Source: an uncultured Thermoleophilia bacterium
GTDB lineage: Bacteria > Actinomycetota > Thermoleophilia > Gaiellales > Gaiellaceae
NCBI GenBank assembly: GCA_963846895.1
Contig: CAWJXR010000002.1
Location: 11,889-75,888 of the forward strand
Direction of reading: 5' to 3'
DNA: 64,000 nucleotides
Shown piece after piece: positions 36,640 through 46,931 of this stretch. Position 1 is the first letter of the stretch. Every line of letters starts with the position of its first letter. The notes below the pieces were generated by a model. That model was not told the origin of the DNA, did no database searches, and was given only the letters and a program-made list of their open reading frames with translations. The position numbers and the translations under genes were made by a program.

Positions 36640-38837
36640 CTAGAAGTTGTTCGCGGTCACGGCGGCCGTGCCGGTCGCAGTGACCGCGGGGTTCGCTCGC
36701 CGAGCGCGATCGCGGCGTTCGGCGTGTAGGTGTACGTGTTCGCGGCCGCGGACGTTCCGGGCGCGGTGCCACCGCCGAGCGTGATCGTCAAGGTGTTCGT
36801 GCCTGCGTTCCAGCTCAGCGGTCGAACTCGGCGAACGTGACGTGCTGCTGTTCGTCGCCGTTGTAAGCGTTGGTGCTCGCCGCCATCGTCCCGATCTTCA
36901 CGCCGCCGACGCAGGCCGAGACGATGACCTGCCCGCCCGAGAACGACAGGTCGTTCTTGGCCTGCACCGTTCCCCTTGTGCCATCGTGACCGTGACGCTC
37001 GTGACGGTCTGTGCGGCGGTCGACCAGGTCGAGCAGACGCTGCTCAGCTGGATCGGGTTGTTCCAGACGATCGTGATCGTGTCGCCAGGATCGGCCTTGT
37101 GCAAGGTCCCCGAGCCGTTGGCGATTGCGAGCGTCAGCGGAACCAGGCTGTAGACGGTGAAGGACTGCTGGACCTGCGGCGCTGCGTTGTAGGTCGCGTT
37201 GCCCGGCCTGGTTCGCATTCACCGTGCAGGTCCCGCCGGCGACGAACGTGATCGTCGCCCCGTTCGGCGCCGCTCGAGGTGCAGACACTCGGGGTCGCCG
37301 AGCTGAACGTCACGGTCAGGCCGGAGGTCGCCGTCGCCGTCGCCGTGTAGGTCCCGAGGACGTTCGCGGCCGTCGGAGCCGTCGAGGTGAACGTGATCGT
37401 CTGGCCGGTCTTCGACGCGTCGTCGACGCCATCGCCGCTCCACAGGTGGTGCCCCCGGGGTTGTCGAGGGCATCGCCGGCGAAGAACGCGTACCACCAGA
37501 GCGTCGTGTTCGAGGTCGGGGTGTAGCCGGCAGCAGGGCTCCACGATCCGTCCGCCGACGGCGAGGCCGTTCCGATGTTCGACATGGTCCCCGGGCAGGT
37601 CGTCGGATTCGAGCCGCTCGCGAGCACGTAGTAGGTGATGGCCCCGGTCGTCGCGCCCGAGCTGCCCGGCGAGCACTGCGGCGATCGACGGAGGCACTGA
37701 TCGGAATGCCGTTCGTGGCCGTGCTGGGCACCGACAGCGTCAGCGTCGGCGACACCATCACAAAGGTGACGTTCGTCATCGGCATTCCTGCGCCGCACGT
37801 GCTCGAGACGGCGATGTTGTTCGAGTCGGCCGGCAGATCTCGCGTACCACCAGATGTGGTCGCCCGCCGTGGTCGGCGTGTAGCTGAGGCTCGAGGTGTA
37901 GGTGCCGTCGCCCGCCGTGCTCGCCGTGCCGACCGCCGTGCCGCCGGTGGTGCAGTCCGTGGGAGCCGACGGCTGCTTCCAGTAGAACCAGGTGATCGGC
38001 GAGGTCTCGTTCGAGCTGCCCGCAACCGTTGCCTGAGGGGGTGATCGCCGTTCCCTTCGGCCCCGACGACGGCGCGGTGACCGTCAGCGTCGGCCCGGCC
38101 AGCGTTCCCGACCCGGTGCCGCAACGAGTCGAGTTGCGCAGCGCGATGTTGTCCTTGAGCTCGTACTTGGAGCCGGGGTCCTTCGCGAAGTCGGGGTTCA
38201 CCGTCAGGTCGACCGACTGCGTCTGCAGATAGCCGAGCTGGCACGCCGGGGAGGTCGGCCAGATGTTCCCGTTCCAGCTCGTCGGCGTTCCCGTGCCTCC
38301 GACTCCGGTGGCGGCACTGTTCTGCGGCCAGCCGGTCGAGGGGGCCACGATGTCGCTCGCCACGACCCGGGTTCCCGTCGTGTCGCAGGTGGTGTTCTCG
38401 CGATAGAGGTTGAAGACGCTCGGGTTGGTCGGGCTCGGGATCGTGCACCACGAGAGCAGCACCTTCGACCCGCTGCCGGGGTTCTCGTCGACCGCCTTAC
38501 ACGTGTTGTAGAACTCGGTCATCGTCAGCGTGAAGCCGCCGAGCGAGTTCTGGTTGACCGACGTGATCGCGAACGAGCAGTGCAGGTCGTCGCGCATCTT
38601 CGTCAGCGCCTGCCGGGCGTCGGACTCGGCCCGGATCCGGTTCGAGACGACCGTCTCCGAGTGCGTCCCGGACACGAACGTCGCCGAGACGGCCGTCAGG
38701 ACGACGAGCATCAGCGCCATCGTCACGATGAGCTCGATCAGCGTGAAGCCGGTCTCGGCCCGCAGGCCGTCCCACGCTCTCGTCAGACGCCGGACCACGC
38801 CTCGTTCATCGGCAGCGCGCACGTTACTCTTGAGCAT
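36640..38837 (-). pseudogene. large modular type IV pilin-like protein with Ig-like (Big_3_5-type) repeats; at least 8 frameshifts
   Basis: ATG 38837. Prepilin motif AETG|FTLIELIVTMALMLVV and a GspJ/PilW-like head. Repeats carry W(W/F)Y..xAGDxNN...S(S/T)TCG and ITF(T/V) motifs and can be followed through all three frames to TAG 36640. Confidence 0.6.
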
Positions 38838-38923
38838 GCCACAGGAACCGGCACGTTTCGCCCGAATCCGGGACAAAACCAGCCAAAAGGGTGATACGGA
38901 GAGTGCTTGTGCCGCCGTTATTA

Positions 38924-40662
38924 TGGAAATGAGGCGCGAACCCGCGTACTCTCCGCCTGGGAGAGGTGAGCTTTTGATCGAACTGCGGCAACCCGAGAAG
39001 GTTCTGGGGCGTTTCGCCGACGAGCGCGGACAGTCGCTGATCCTGGCGCTCGTCGTGCTGCTCGTCCTCACCATCTCGGCCGGGCGCGGTCGCGCAGCTG
39101 ATGGTGTCGAACCAGAACATCTCGAACAACGAACGCCAGGGCGTGCAGGCGTTCAACGGCGGCGAGGCGGGCCTCGACGTCGCAGCGAACTGGGTCGTCG
39201 ACGAACGACGCCGGCGGCGTCAATCCCGTGAACTGGACTCAGAACGGCTCGACGACCGTGGCGGGCAACAGCGTCACCTGGACGGCGTTGAAGGTCTCGA
39301 CCGGCCAGTGGACGGTCACGTCGACCACCCACTCGCCGAACGGGAAGGCCACCCGCGTCCTCCAGGAGCAGCTGCAGTCGAAGCAGGTGCCTGGGACCCC
39401 GGCGACGTTCTGGGGCTACGGCTTCGTGATGGGCGGTCAGTCGACGCCGGGCGGCTTCAACCCGTTCCAGATCTGCGAGAACGGGAGCGGGCCTGACAAG
39501 CCGACCGTCTTCGGCGGCTCCGGCACCGTCAACGTGCCGGTCTGGATCGCGGGTGACGTCTGCACCTCGGGCGGCAACTCGCCGATCCAGAACCCGACCA
39601 CCGGAGTGCCGATCACGGTGCACATCGGCGGCTTCATCTACGGCAGCAACGGCCCGAGCCTACATCGTCGGCGCCCCCGGGAACAACGTCGCCAACTTCG
39701 AGGCGATCGGCGGCTGCTACGACAAGCACACGAACTCCGGCCAGCTGCCGCTCGCCTGCGACACCGGTGGAAGCGCCAGCAACGGCAACGGCAACTCGGG
39801 CATCTTCTCGAACGGCTTCGTCGCGAGCACCCAGGTCGTGAACCCGCCGACACTCACCGCGGCGCAGGAGCTGACGCAGTACAACGCTGCGTCGCCCGGG
39901 CCGCTCTCGCCCTGCGTTGCGGGCATGTCGGCCGGGACGTTCCCGGCAAACTTCTTCGACAGCGCGGGTAGCACGGTCCCTGATTCGAGCCTGGGCTCGC
40001 GCAACCTGATCACGGCACTCGGCACGAACGCGTTCGTCTGCAGCACCCCGACCGGGACGCTCGCGTGGACGCCGCCGATCAGCCACGGCAAGAAGGCCTG
40101 CCTCCACGTGACCGGCACGATCTTCATCGACGGCAGCTTCACGATGGGCGGCGCCGACTACATCCAGTTCGACACCGACGGAAACAATGCGTGCGGGACG
40201 GGCACGGCCGCGAACCCGAACACCTATTCCGACGGCAAGAGCAACGGGAGCATCTATCTCGACGGGACGCTGACGCTGACGAACGACGCGAGCATCTGCT
40301 CGCATCAGGACTTCGACTCCACGGGAACCACGTGCACGATCCCGACGACCGGCGCGACAATCCCGAACGTGTTCTGGTCGATCTTCAACCGCTCGAACAC
40401 CGTGCCGGCCTTCACCATGCCGGGTAACTCGAAGTTCGAGTCGTCGGCCTTCGTCAATGGCCAGTACAGCCTCACGAACGGCGGTAGCGCATCCTCCGTC
40501 GGCGGTTCGATCTTCGCCAGCTACGCGTCGATCACCGGCGGCTCGTCGTTCGCAGTGACGAACGTCGTCCCGAGCGGATCGATCGGCAGCGCCACGACGA
40601 CCCTGGCCTGGAACGTCGCGCCGCGCACGTGGCGGCAGTGCCCGACCACCGGCTGCACATGA
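38924..40662 (+). pseudogene. PilX/TadG-like pilus-associated protein; three frameshifts
   Basis: N-terminus ERGQSLILALVVLLVLTISAG. Frame segments join at about 39088, 39194 and 39655. The long C-terminal part is in ORF 39553..40662. Paralog of 21112..21885. Confidence 0.6.
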
Positions 40663-41135
40663 CCTTTCGCGCGCGCCTGGCCCTCGTTCGCTCGGAGCAG
40701 GGAATGGGGCTGATCGAGCTCCTGATCGCGCTCACGATCCTCGTGGTCGGGATCGGCGCAACGACCGCCGTCTTCACGAGCTCGCTGATGGATCTGCAGG
40801 CATTCGAGCAAGGAGGGCACGGCGATCTCGCTCGCCGACCGCCAGCTCGAGTCGTATCGCGCAATGCCGTTCAACTGCCTCCCGACCACGACCTCCTGGA
40901 CGGCTCCTGCGGCTGTCTGACGCCGAGCGGCTTTCCCAATCCGTATTCGGGATCCAGACGACGACGAGCTCCGAGTCGCCCGATCACCGCACGTATCTCG
41001 TGACGACCGCGCTGTCCAATCCGACCACCGGCACCGCTGCAGGTCACGGTGACGGTGAAGCAGAGCGGCAGCACGACCGCGATGGCGACGGAGACGAGCT
41101 ACTTCTCGAGCAACGGCACGTCGGGCAGCGGCTAG
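40659..41135 (+). pseudogene. minor pilin / pseudopilin; three frameshifts
   Basis: ATG 40659 overlaps the upstream stop (ATGA). Prepilin motif SEQG|MGLIELLIALTILVV. Joins at about 40822, 40915 and 41030. Ends ...VTVTVKQSGSTTAMATETSYFSSNGTSGSG. Confidence 0.55.
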
Positions 41136-42277
41136 GCCGCGCGCCGGTCGAGCCGGCTCAGCAGTTCCAGCCCTCGCAGCGGCACGCGAGCCACGCCGTG
41201 CTGCTCGCCGGGGGCCGAGAGCTCGCCGAGCAGCAGACGCTCGACCGAGCGCCAGAGGAGCTGCGTCCGCGCGATCCGCCAGCTCGCGCGCCGGCCACCG
41301 GTCGATCGCCTTCTTGAGCTTCCACGAAGCGCGGTGAAGCGGCCCGAGCGCGGCATCCACGGCACCCGAGTAGCCGGCGAGCGTCGAGGCGCGGCCGGCG
41401 AGCAGGTCGGCGATCGCCTCCGCTGCGAGCGACGCCGAGACGAAGCACTCGTACATCCCGTCGCCCGAGACCGGATCGATCAGCCCGGCGGCGTCGCCGA
41501 CGAGGAGCCCGCGCTCGGCGGCGATGCGCGTGCCCGGCCGCCGTAGAGGGAGGCGATGGCCCGCGCAGAGCTTCGAGATCGTCGGGCTCGAGCCCGTGCG
41601 CCGCGCACGTCTGCGCCGAGGTAGCTCGCGCAGGCGCGGCCCCTCCGCCTCCCAGACGCCGACGCCCACGTTGACGTGGTCACCCTTCGGGAAGACCCAG
41701 CCGTAGCCGCCGGGGATGTCGCCCAGCTCGACGACCGCGCGGCCCTGCGTAGCGGTCGCGGGAGACGCGGCCGTAGGCGACGTTGCCTTCGAGCGCGACA
41801 CCGTGAACGATGCCGTCGCCCAGACCGAGCGCACGCGCAGTCGTGCCATTTGCTCCGTCGGCACCGACGATCGCATCGACCTCGACGGTCCGCCCGTCGA
41901 TCTTGACGTCGTCGCCGATCTCGACGCGCACGCGTTCGCGCACCTCGACTCCGTGCTCGCGCGCGGCGTCCAGGAGAAAGGCATCGAGCCGGCGCCGCTG
42001 CGTCATCCAGATCACCGTGCCGCGCGCTCGCCGCTCGACGAGATCGCGGTAACGGAACCGCAGCTCGACCACGTCGACCTTGTCCTCGACGACCGGCGTC
42101 GGGATCGACCGGGCAGCGGAGAAAGGCTCGCGTCGTCAGCCCGCCGCCGCACGGTTTGTCGCGCGGGAAGCGGGCCTTGTCGGCCAGCAGGACCGAATGG
42201 CCCGCCGCCGCGAGGTGATGCGCGGTCGCCGAGCCCGCGGGGCCGCCGCCGACCACGAGAACGTCAAAGCGCTCCAC
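41132..42277 (-). pseudogene. geranylgeranyl reductase-family FAD-dependent oxidoreductase; at least 5 frameshifts
   Basis: GTG 42277. FAD motif DVLVVGGGPAGS, then PCGGGL and the C-terminal LLVGDAAGLIDPVSGDGM. The sequence can be followed across three frames, including three shifts within about 90 bp near 41560-41640. Confidence 0.65.
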
Positions 42278-42309
42278 GGCTCTGAGGCTACAATGCGGCC
42301 CGCTTCCCC

Positions 42310-42391
42310 GGGGGTGTGCCCGAGCGGCCAAAGGGAACGGGCTGTAAACCCGTCGGCTCAGCCTACGGAGGTTCGAATCCTCCCGCCCCCA
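42310..42391 (+). tRNA. tRNA-Tyr (anticodon GTA)
   Basis: Manual fold. Acceptor GGGGGTG/CGCCCCC, anticodon arm ACGGG-CTGTAAA-CCCGT, long variable arm, T-arm GGAGG-TTCGAAT-CCTCC. Confidence 0.9.
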
Positions 42392-42443
42392 TCGCGCGCC
42401 TCGTCGTCCTGCGGCGGCAATACCGTTCCCGCCGAAACCCTCG

Positions 42444-44494
42444 ATGGCAAACGTCCCAGCACCGGCGACCTCGTCGCGCAAGGTCGTCGCCGCGCTCGCC
42501 GGCATCGTCGTCGGTTCGTGGCTGATCCGGACGGCGCTGGCGCACCGTCATTCCGTTCCACGGCTGTTCCCCGACGAGTACATCTACACGGCGCTCGAGC
42601 CGCTCGATCGGTCACGGCCACTACGCGATTCGCGGCGAGACCGTCCACTTTCCCGGGGTGCTCGAGCCGCTGCTTGCTGCGCCGATCTGGGCGTCGTTCG
42701 GCACGACCACCGCGTATCACCTCGTCCAGTCCGAGAACGCGCTTGCGGCTTCGCTCGCCGCCATCCCGATCTACGTGCTCGCGCGACGGGTGGAGCTCTC
42801 GGTCGGCTACTCGCTCGCCGTGGCCGTGTACGGCCTGCTGCTCCCGTCGCTCGTCCTCGTGGCCTACACGTCGTCGGACATGGTCGCGTACCTGTTCGCG
42901 CTCGCGGCGATCGCAGCGGCGATGTGCGCGATCGACGATCCGTCGGGCCGAAACCAGCTCGACGTTCTTCCTGTTCGCGACTCTCGCGACCCTCACCCGG
43001 ATCCAGTACTTCGTGCTGGTGCCCGCGTATCTGATCGCGGTGATCGCGATCGACCGGCGGGCGGCGTGGCGCCGCCACCGAATCGCACTCATCGCGACGA
43101 TCCCGGTCGCTGTCGCGCTCACTGTCGCGCTCCTCGGCTTCTACGTCGGCGAGCTCTCCACCCCCCTGAACGGGAACTACGTCAAGTGGTTCCTTTTCCA
43201 GGCATTCCTGCTCGCGATCGACGCCGGCGTCCTGATCGTGCCGGGCGCGATCGCCGCAGTCCTGCGCCCGACGACGCGACGGGAGCTCGGATTCTCGGTT
43301 CTCGCCGCTGCAATGACGCTCCTGCTCCTCGGCGAGGCGACGGCCCACGCCGCCAACTCGTCGCAGTTCAAGGAGCGATATCTCTTCGTCATTCTCGTGC
43401 TGCTCGGGGTCGCGTTCGGGCTCTATGCGAAGCATGGGGCCGGCAAGCGCAGGATCGTGATTCCGGTCGCGGCGGTGATCTTCATCGCCGTCGCGCGGCT
43501 GCCGTTGTCGCAGTTCGCAACCGCGATCTTCAAGACCGACTCGAACTTCCTGAGCGCCGTCAGCTATCTGCAGGACCAACTGGGAACGGGGACCGCGTCG
43601 TTGTTCATCGCGCTCGGCGCGGGCGCTGCGGCGGTCGCGGCAGTGGCCCTCTCCTACTGGCGCGGCGCGGCGTACGGAATCGTTTTTGCGGGCGTAGCCG
43701 CACTCGGTGCGACGGGGCTTGCGCTCCACGCCGACATCGGGGCGTCGAATCACGTCCGCTCGCAGTCCCCGATCAATCTCACCTGGGTGGACGACAACGT
43801 CGAGCACGGCGTGACGGCGATCGAGACCGGCCCGGCGCAGAAGGAGGACCTCCTGTCCGAGCTCTACTGGAACCCGTCGATCGACCGAGAGGTCGTGCTC
43901 GGCACCGCCATGCCGACCGATACGTTCAACGCGCCGCACCTCGTGATCGGGCCTGACGGCTCGCTCCGGCAGATCAAGGGAGACATCCTCTTCCACGACT
44001 ACGGCACGACGGCTCTGTTCGCGAACGCTAAGCGCGTCGCCAGCCGCGCGCATTTCACGCTCTGGGACCCGCGGCGCGACGCGAGGTTCCGCCTCGTGTT
44101 CGAAGGGCGGTACTGGGACGGCTGGGTCAGCCGGGCCGGCAGGCTGCGCGCCTGGCCGCGCAAGCCGGGTGACGGAGTGCGGGTCTCCTTCGGCCTCTCC
44201 CTGCCGCCCGACCGGCCGCGAGCCTCGAAAGTCTCGTTCGGCGGCAATTCGTTCCGTGTCCGACCCGGAGAACGCGTGCAAGTCTCCTGCGCGACCGCCA
44301 GCGGCGCCCTCGACCTCGGCGTGAAGGCGACGGGCACGGTGATCGACAAGAGCTTCCGGGACCTCGGACCACGGATGACGCACATCGTGGTCGAGGATCA
44401 GGTCCCGCGGGCCGGCCGATCGGCCGTCGTGCACGATGACGTGATTCGCAACCGGGTGGAGAAATCCGGGACCTTCGTCCAGTGTGCGCTCTGA
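42444..44494 (+). pseudogene. GT-C-fold-like polytopic membrane protein (putative glycosyltransferase), paralog 2; two frameshifts
   Basis: Frames 42444-, 42658- and the 42080..44494 ORF join at about 42599 (TALE|RSIGHGHY) and 42955. Loop-1 motif FPDEYIY. About 12 TM segments plus a ~230-aa C-terminal soluble domain. Confidence 0.55.
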
Positions 44495-44555
44495 CCGCCT
44501 GACTTACCTTCGAGCACGGGGAGGGCATCCCGAGCCGAGGGAACAGGAGGGTGTC

Positions 44556-46931
44556 TTGAGGGGCCGTGCACTGGGCAGGGCGATCATCGCCGCGGTGGTT
44601 GCGTCGGCGTTCGTGCTGGCGCTCGCCGGCGCGCCATCGGCTGCGGTCGGGAACGTCTCCGCGCCGAAAGTCGGCGCGAGCTCGTACCGCGTCGGTTCGA
44701 CGCTCTACGCCGACCCGGGTGTCTGGTCGGGGAGCCCCACGTCCTTCAGCTTCCAGTGGAAGCAGTGCAAGCTCGACCCGTCCTACGTCTGTCAGGACAT
44801 CGCCGGCGCGACCGGCCCGACGCACGTGGTCACCGCGGCCGACACCGTCTGGAACCAGGCCGGGTTCCTGCCCGAGCGGTCGTTCATGTTCGGCATCCGG
44901 ATCATCGTCGAGGTCAGTGCGACCGACGGCTCGACGACCTCGACGGCGCAGTCGGAGCTCGACGCGACCCTTCCGTCGGCTGCGCCGGCGGCGGTCGGCG
45001 GCTCGACCCAGACCTTCGGCGCGCCGCCTGCGGGCGTACCGCAGATCGACGGCACGATCATCCCCGTCCCCGACTGCGTCGGTAACACCGGCCCGATCTG
45101 CACCAACCCGCTCGGCGTCTACTACAAGATCGGCGGCCGCTACTCGATGCCCGAGGGCGGAACGCTCACGTCGTTCTCGTCGTACTTCCGCGGCGGGCCC
45201 GCACCGCAGGACTTCACGCCGGCGATCTACCGCGTCGACACGGGCGGCATCCCGACGCGGCTCGTCGTGCTCGGCAACACGTTCACCGTGCCTGCGGGCG
45301 CGGCCGCGGGGTGGTTCACCTCGGCGCTGACCTCGCCCGTCGCGGTCACGGCCGGCACCTACGTGCTCACGTTCCTGGGCGGCAACACCGACCGGGGCGC
45401 AGTCCCGTACTTCTACATCCCTGGTCAGAGCATCGGCTTCGCGAACATCAACTTCGACCTCACCCCGGGCGATCCGCTCTTCAACCAGATCTCACTCGTG
45501 CCGAGCGACCCGTTCGGGCCGATCACGCACTTCGCGGGTGAGCTGCCGAAGGCGTACGTCACGTACACGACGGCTGCGTCCAGCACTGCGGCCCCCGGCA
45601 ACACGGCGCTCCCCGGGCTCGGCGGCACCGCCCAGCTGGGCGCGTCGCTGACGGTGTCGACGGGCAACTGGACGAACAGCCCGACGGGCTTCACCTACCA
45701 GTGGCAGCGCTGCGACAGCGGCGGCGGCAACTGCGTCGACCTGGCGAACCAGGTCGCCTCGGCGTACACACTCGTCGCGGGCGACGTCGGACAGACCCTG
45801 CGGGCGAAGGTGCGCGCGCTCAACGACGGCGGCATCTCGGGCTTCGCGACGAGCGGCGCCTCGCCGGTCGTCGTCTCCTCGGGCGGCGGCAGCACGCCGC
45901 CCATCAACACGGCGCCGCCGATCATCTCCGGCACCGCTCAGGCCGGCGCGACGCTCGGCTCGTCGTCCGGCGCATGGCTCAACTCCCCCACGTCCTATGC
46001 GTACCAGTGGCAGCGGTGCAACAGCTCGGGCGCCTCGTGCGCGAACATCGGCGGTGCAGTCTCGACCAGCCTGCTCCTCGGCCCGACCGATGTCGGCTCG
46101 ACGATCCGCGTGAACGTCACCGCGGCGAACAGCGCAGGCCAGGCATCGTCGCTCTCGAACGCCACCGCGGTCGTCGCTGCGGCCGGTGGAGGCGGCGGGG
46201 CGGCGGTGGAGGCGGCGGCGGGAGCTCCGTCCCCGACCTCCGGGTGTCGCTGAGCTCGAACGGGCCGACGTTCGCTCCGGGCGGAGAGGCGGATGTGGTC
46301 GCGATCGTCGACAACATCGGCACCGCGGGGTCGCTGCTCACGCACCTGGCGATCGCGCTGCCCTCGACGATGACGCTCCTCGGTCCGCCGGCCGCCGACC
46401 GCGGCTCCGGCTGCACCGGTTCGCCGACGGTCGACTGCTACCTCGACTACATCCCGAACGGCGGCAGCGCCAAGGTCGTGTTCGCCGTCCGGCTCACGGG
46501 CAGCGGCGCATCGTCGCTGACGGCGACCGCCAGCTCCGACCGCGAAGCCAACCCGGCCGACAACTCGGCGACGCTGACGCTGACCGTCAACACGCCAGCC
46601 CCGCCTCCGCCTCCGCCACCCGTGGTCGTCAAGCCCGTGTTCGGGAAGGTGGTGGCGCAGCCCGCGATCCCGGCCGCAGGCAAGCGGTTCCTCTACGAGC
46701 TGCAGGTGAAGCGAAGCGACAACGGCGCGCCGCTGATGACGGCCCGGGTCACGTTCACGCCGACGGTGGCCGGGCCGCCCGATCGCGCACACCGGTTCCT
46801 TCAGGGCCGGGCGGGCGAGCGTGTCGTTCGTCGTGCCGAAGAAGACCAAGGGCAAGCTGCTGAAGATCAAGATGACGGTCGTCAGCGGCAGCCAGTCGGC
46901 GGCGAAAACCGTCAGCTACAAGGTGCGCTAG
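44556..46931 (+). pseudogene. secreted surface protein with W-x-RC Ig-like repeats, Gly linker and DUF11-like domain; frameshifted
   Basis: TTG 44556 follows AGGAGG. Signal peptide. Repeats contain (F/Y)QW(K/Q)(Q/R)C...C.(D/N)(I/L).G(A/.). Frames shift in the GGN tract near 46200 and at about 46775. Ends ...KTVSYKVR at TAG 46929-46931. Confidence 0.55.
46185..46218 (+). repeat. GGN-rich imperfect direct repeat encoding a poly-Gly linker
   Basis: GGTGGAGGCGGCGG occurs at 46185 and 46205. The reading frame of the surface protein changes inside this tract. Confidence 0.6.

Noticed and set aside
25363-41135. Search for a PilQ secretin, PilP, TsaP or Tad/Flp (CpaF/TadBC) components.
   Set aside because: None was found in any frame. 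The PilX-like proteins share only the hydrophobic N-terminus with TadG-type proteins, and the locus is of the PilB/PilC/PilD/PilMNO type.
42292-42444. Mobile element or integrase adjacent to tRNA-Tyr.
   Set aside because: Both flanking genes (the reductase-like gene and the GT-C paralog) have native-like GC content. I saw no integrase, no repeat of the tRNA 3' end and no compositional break.
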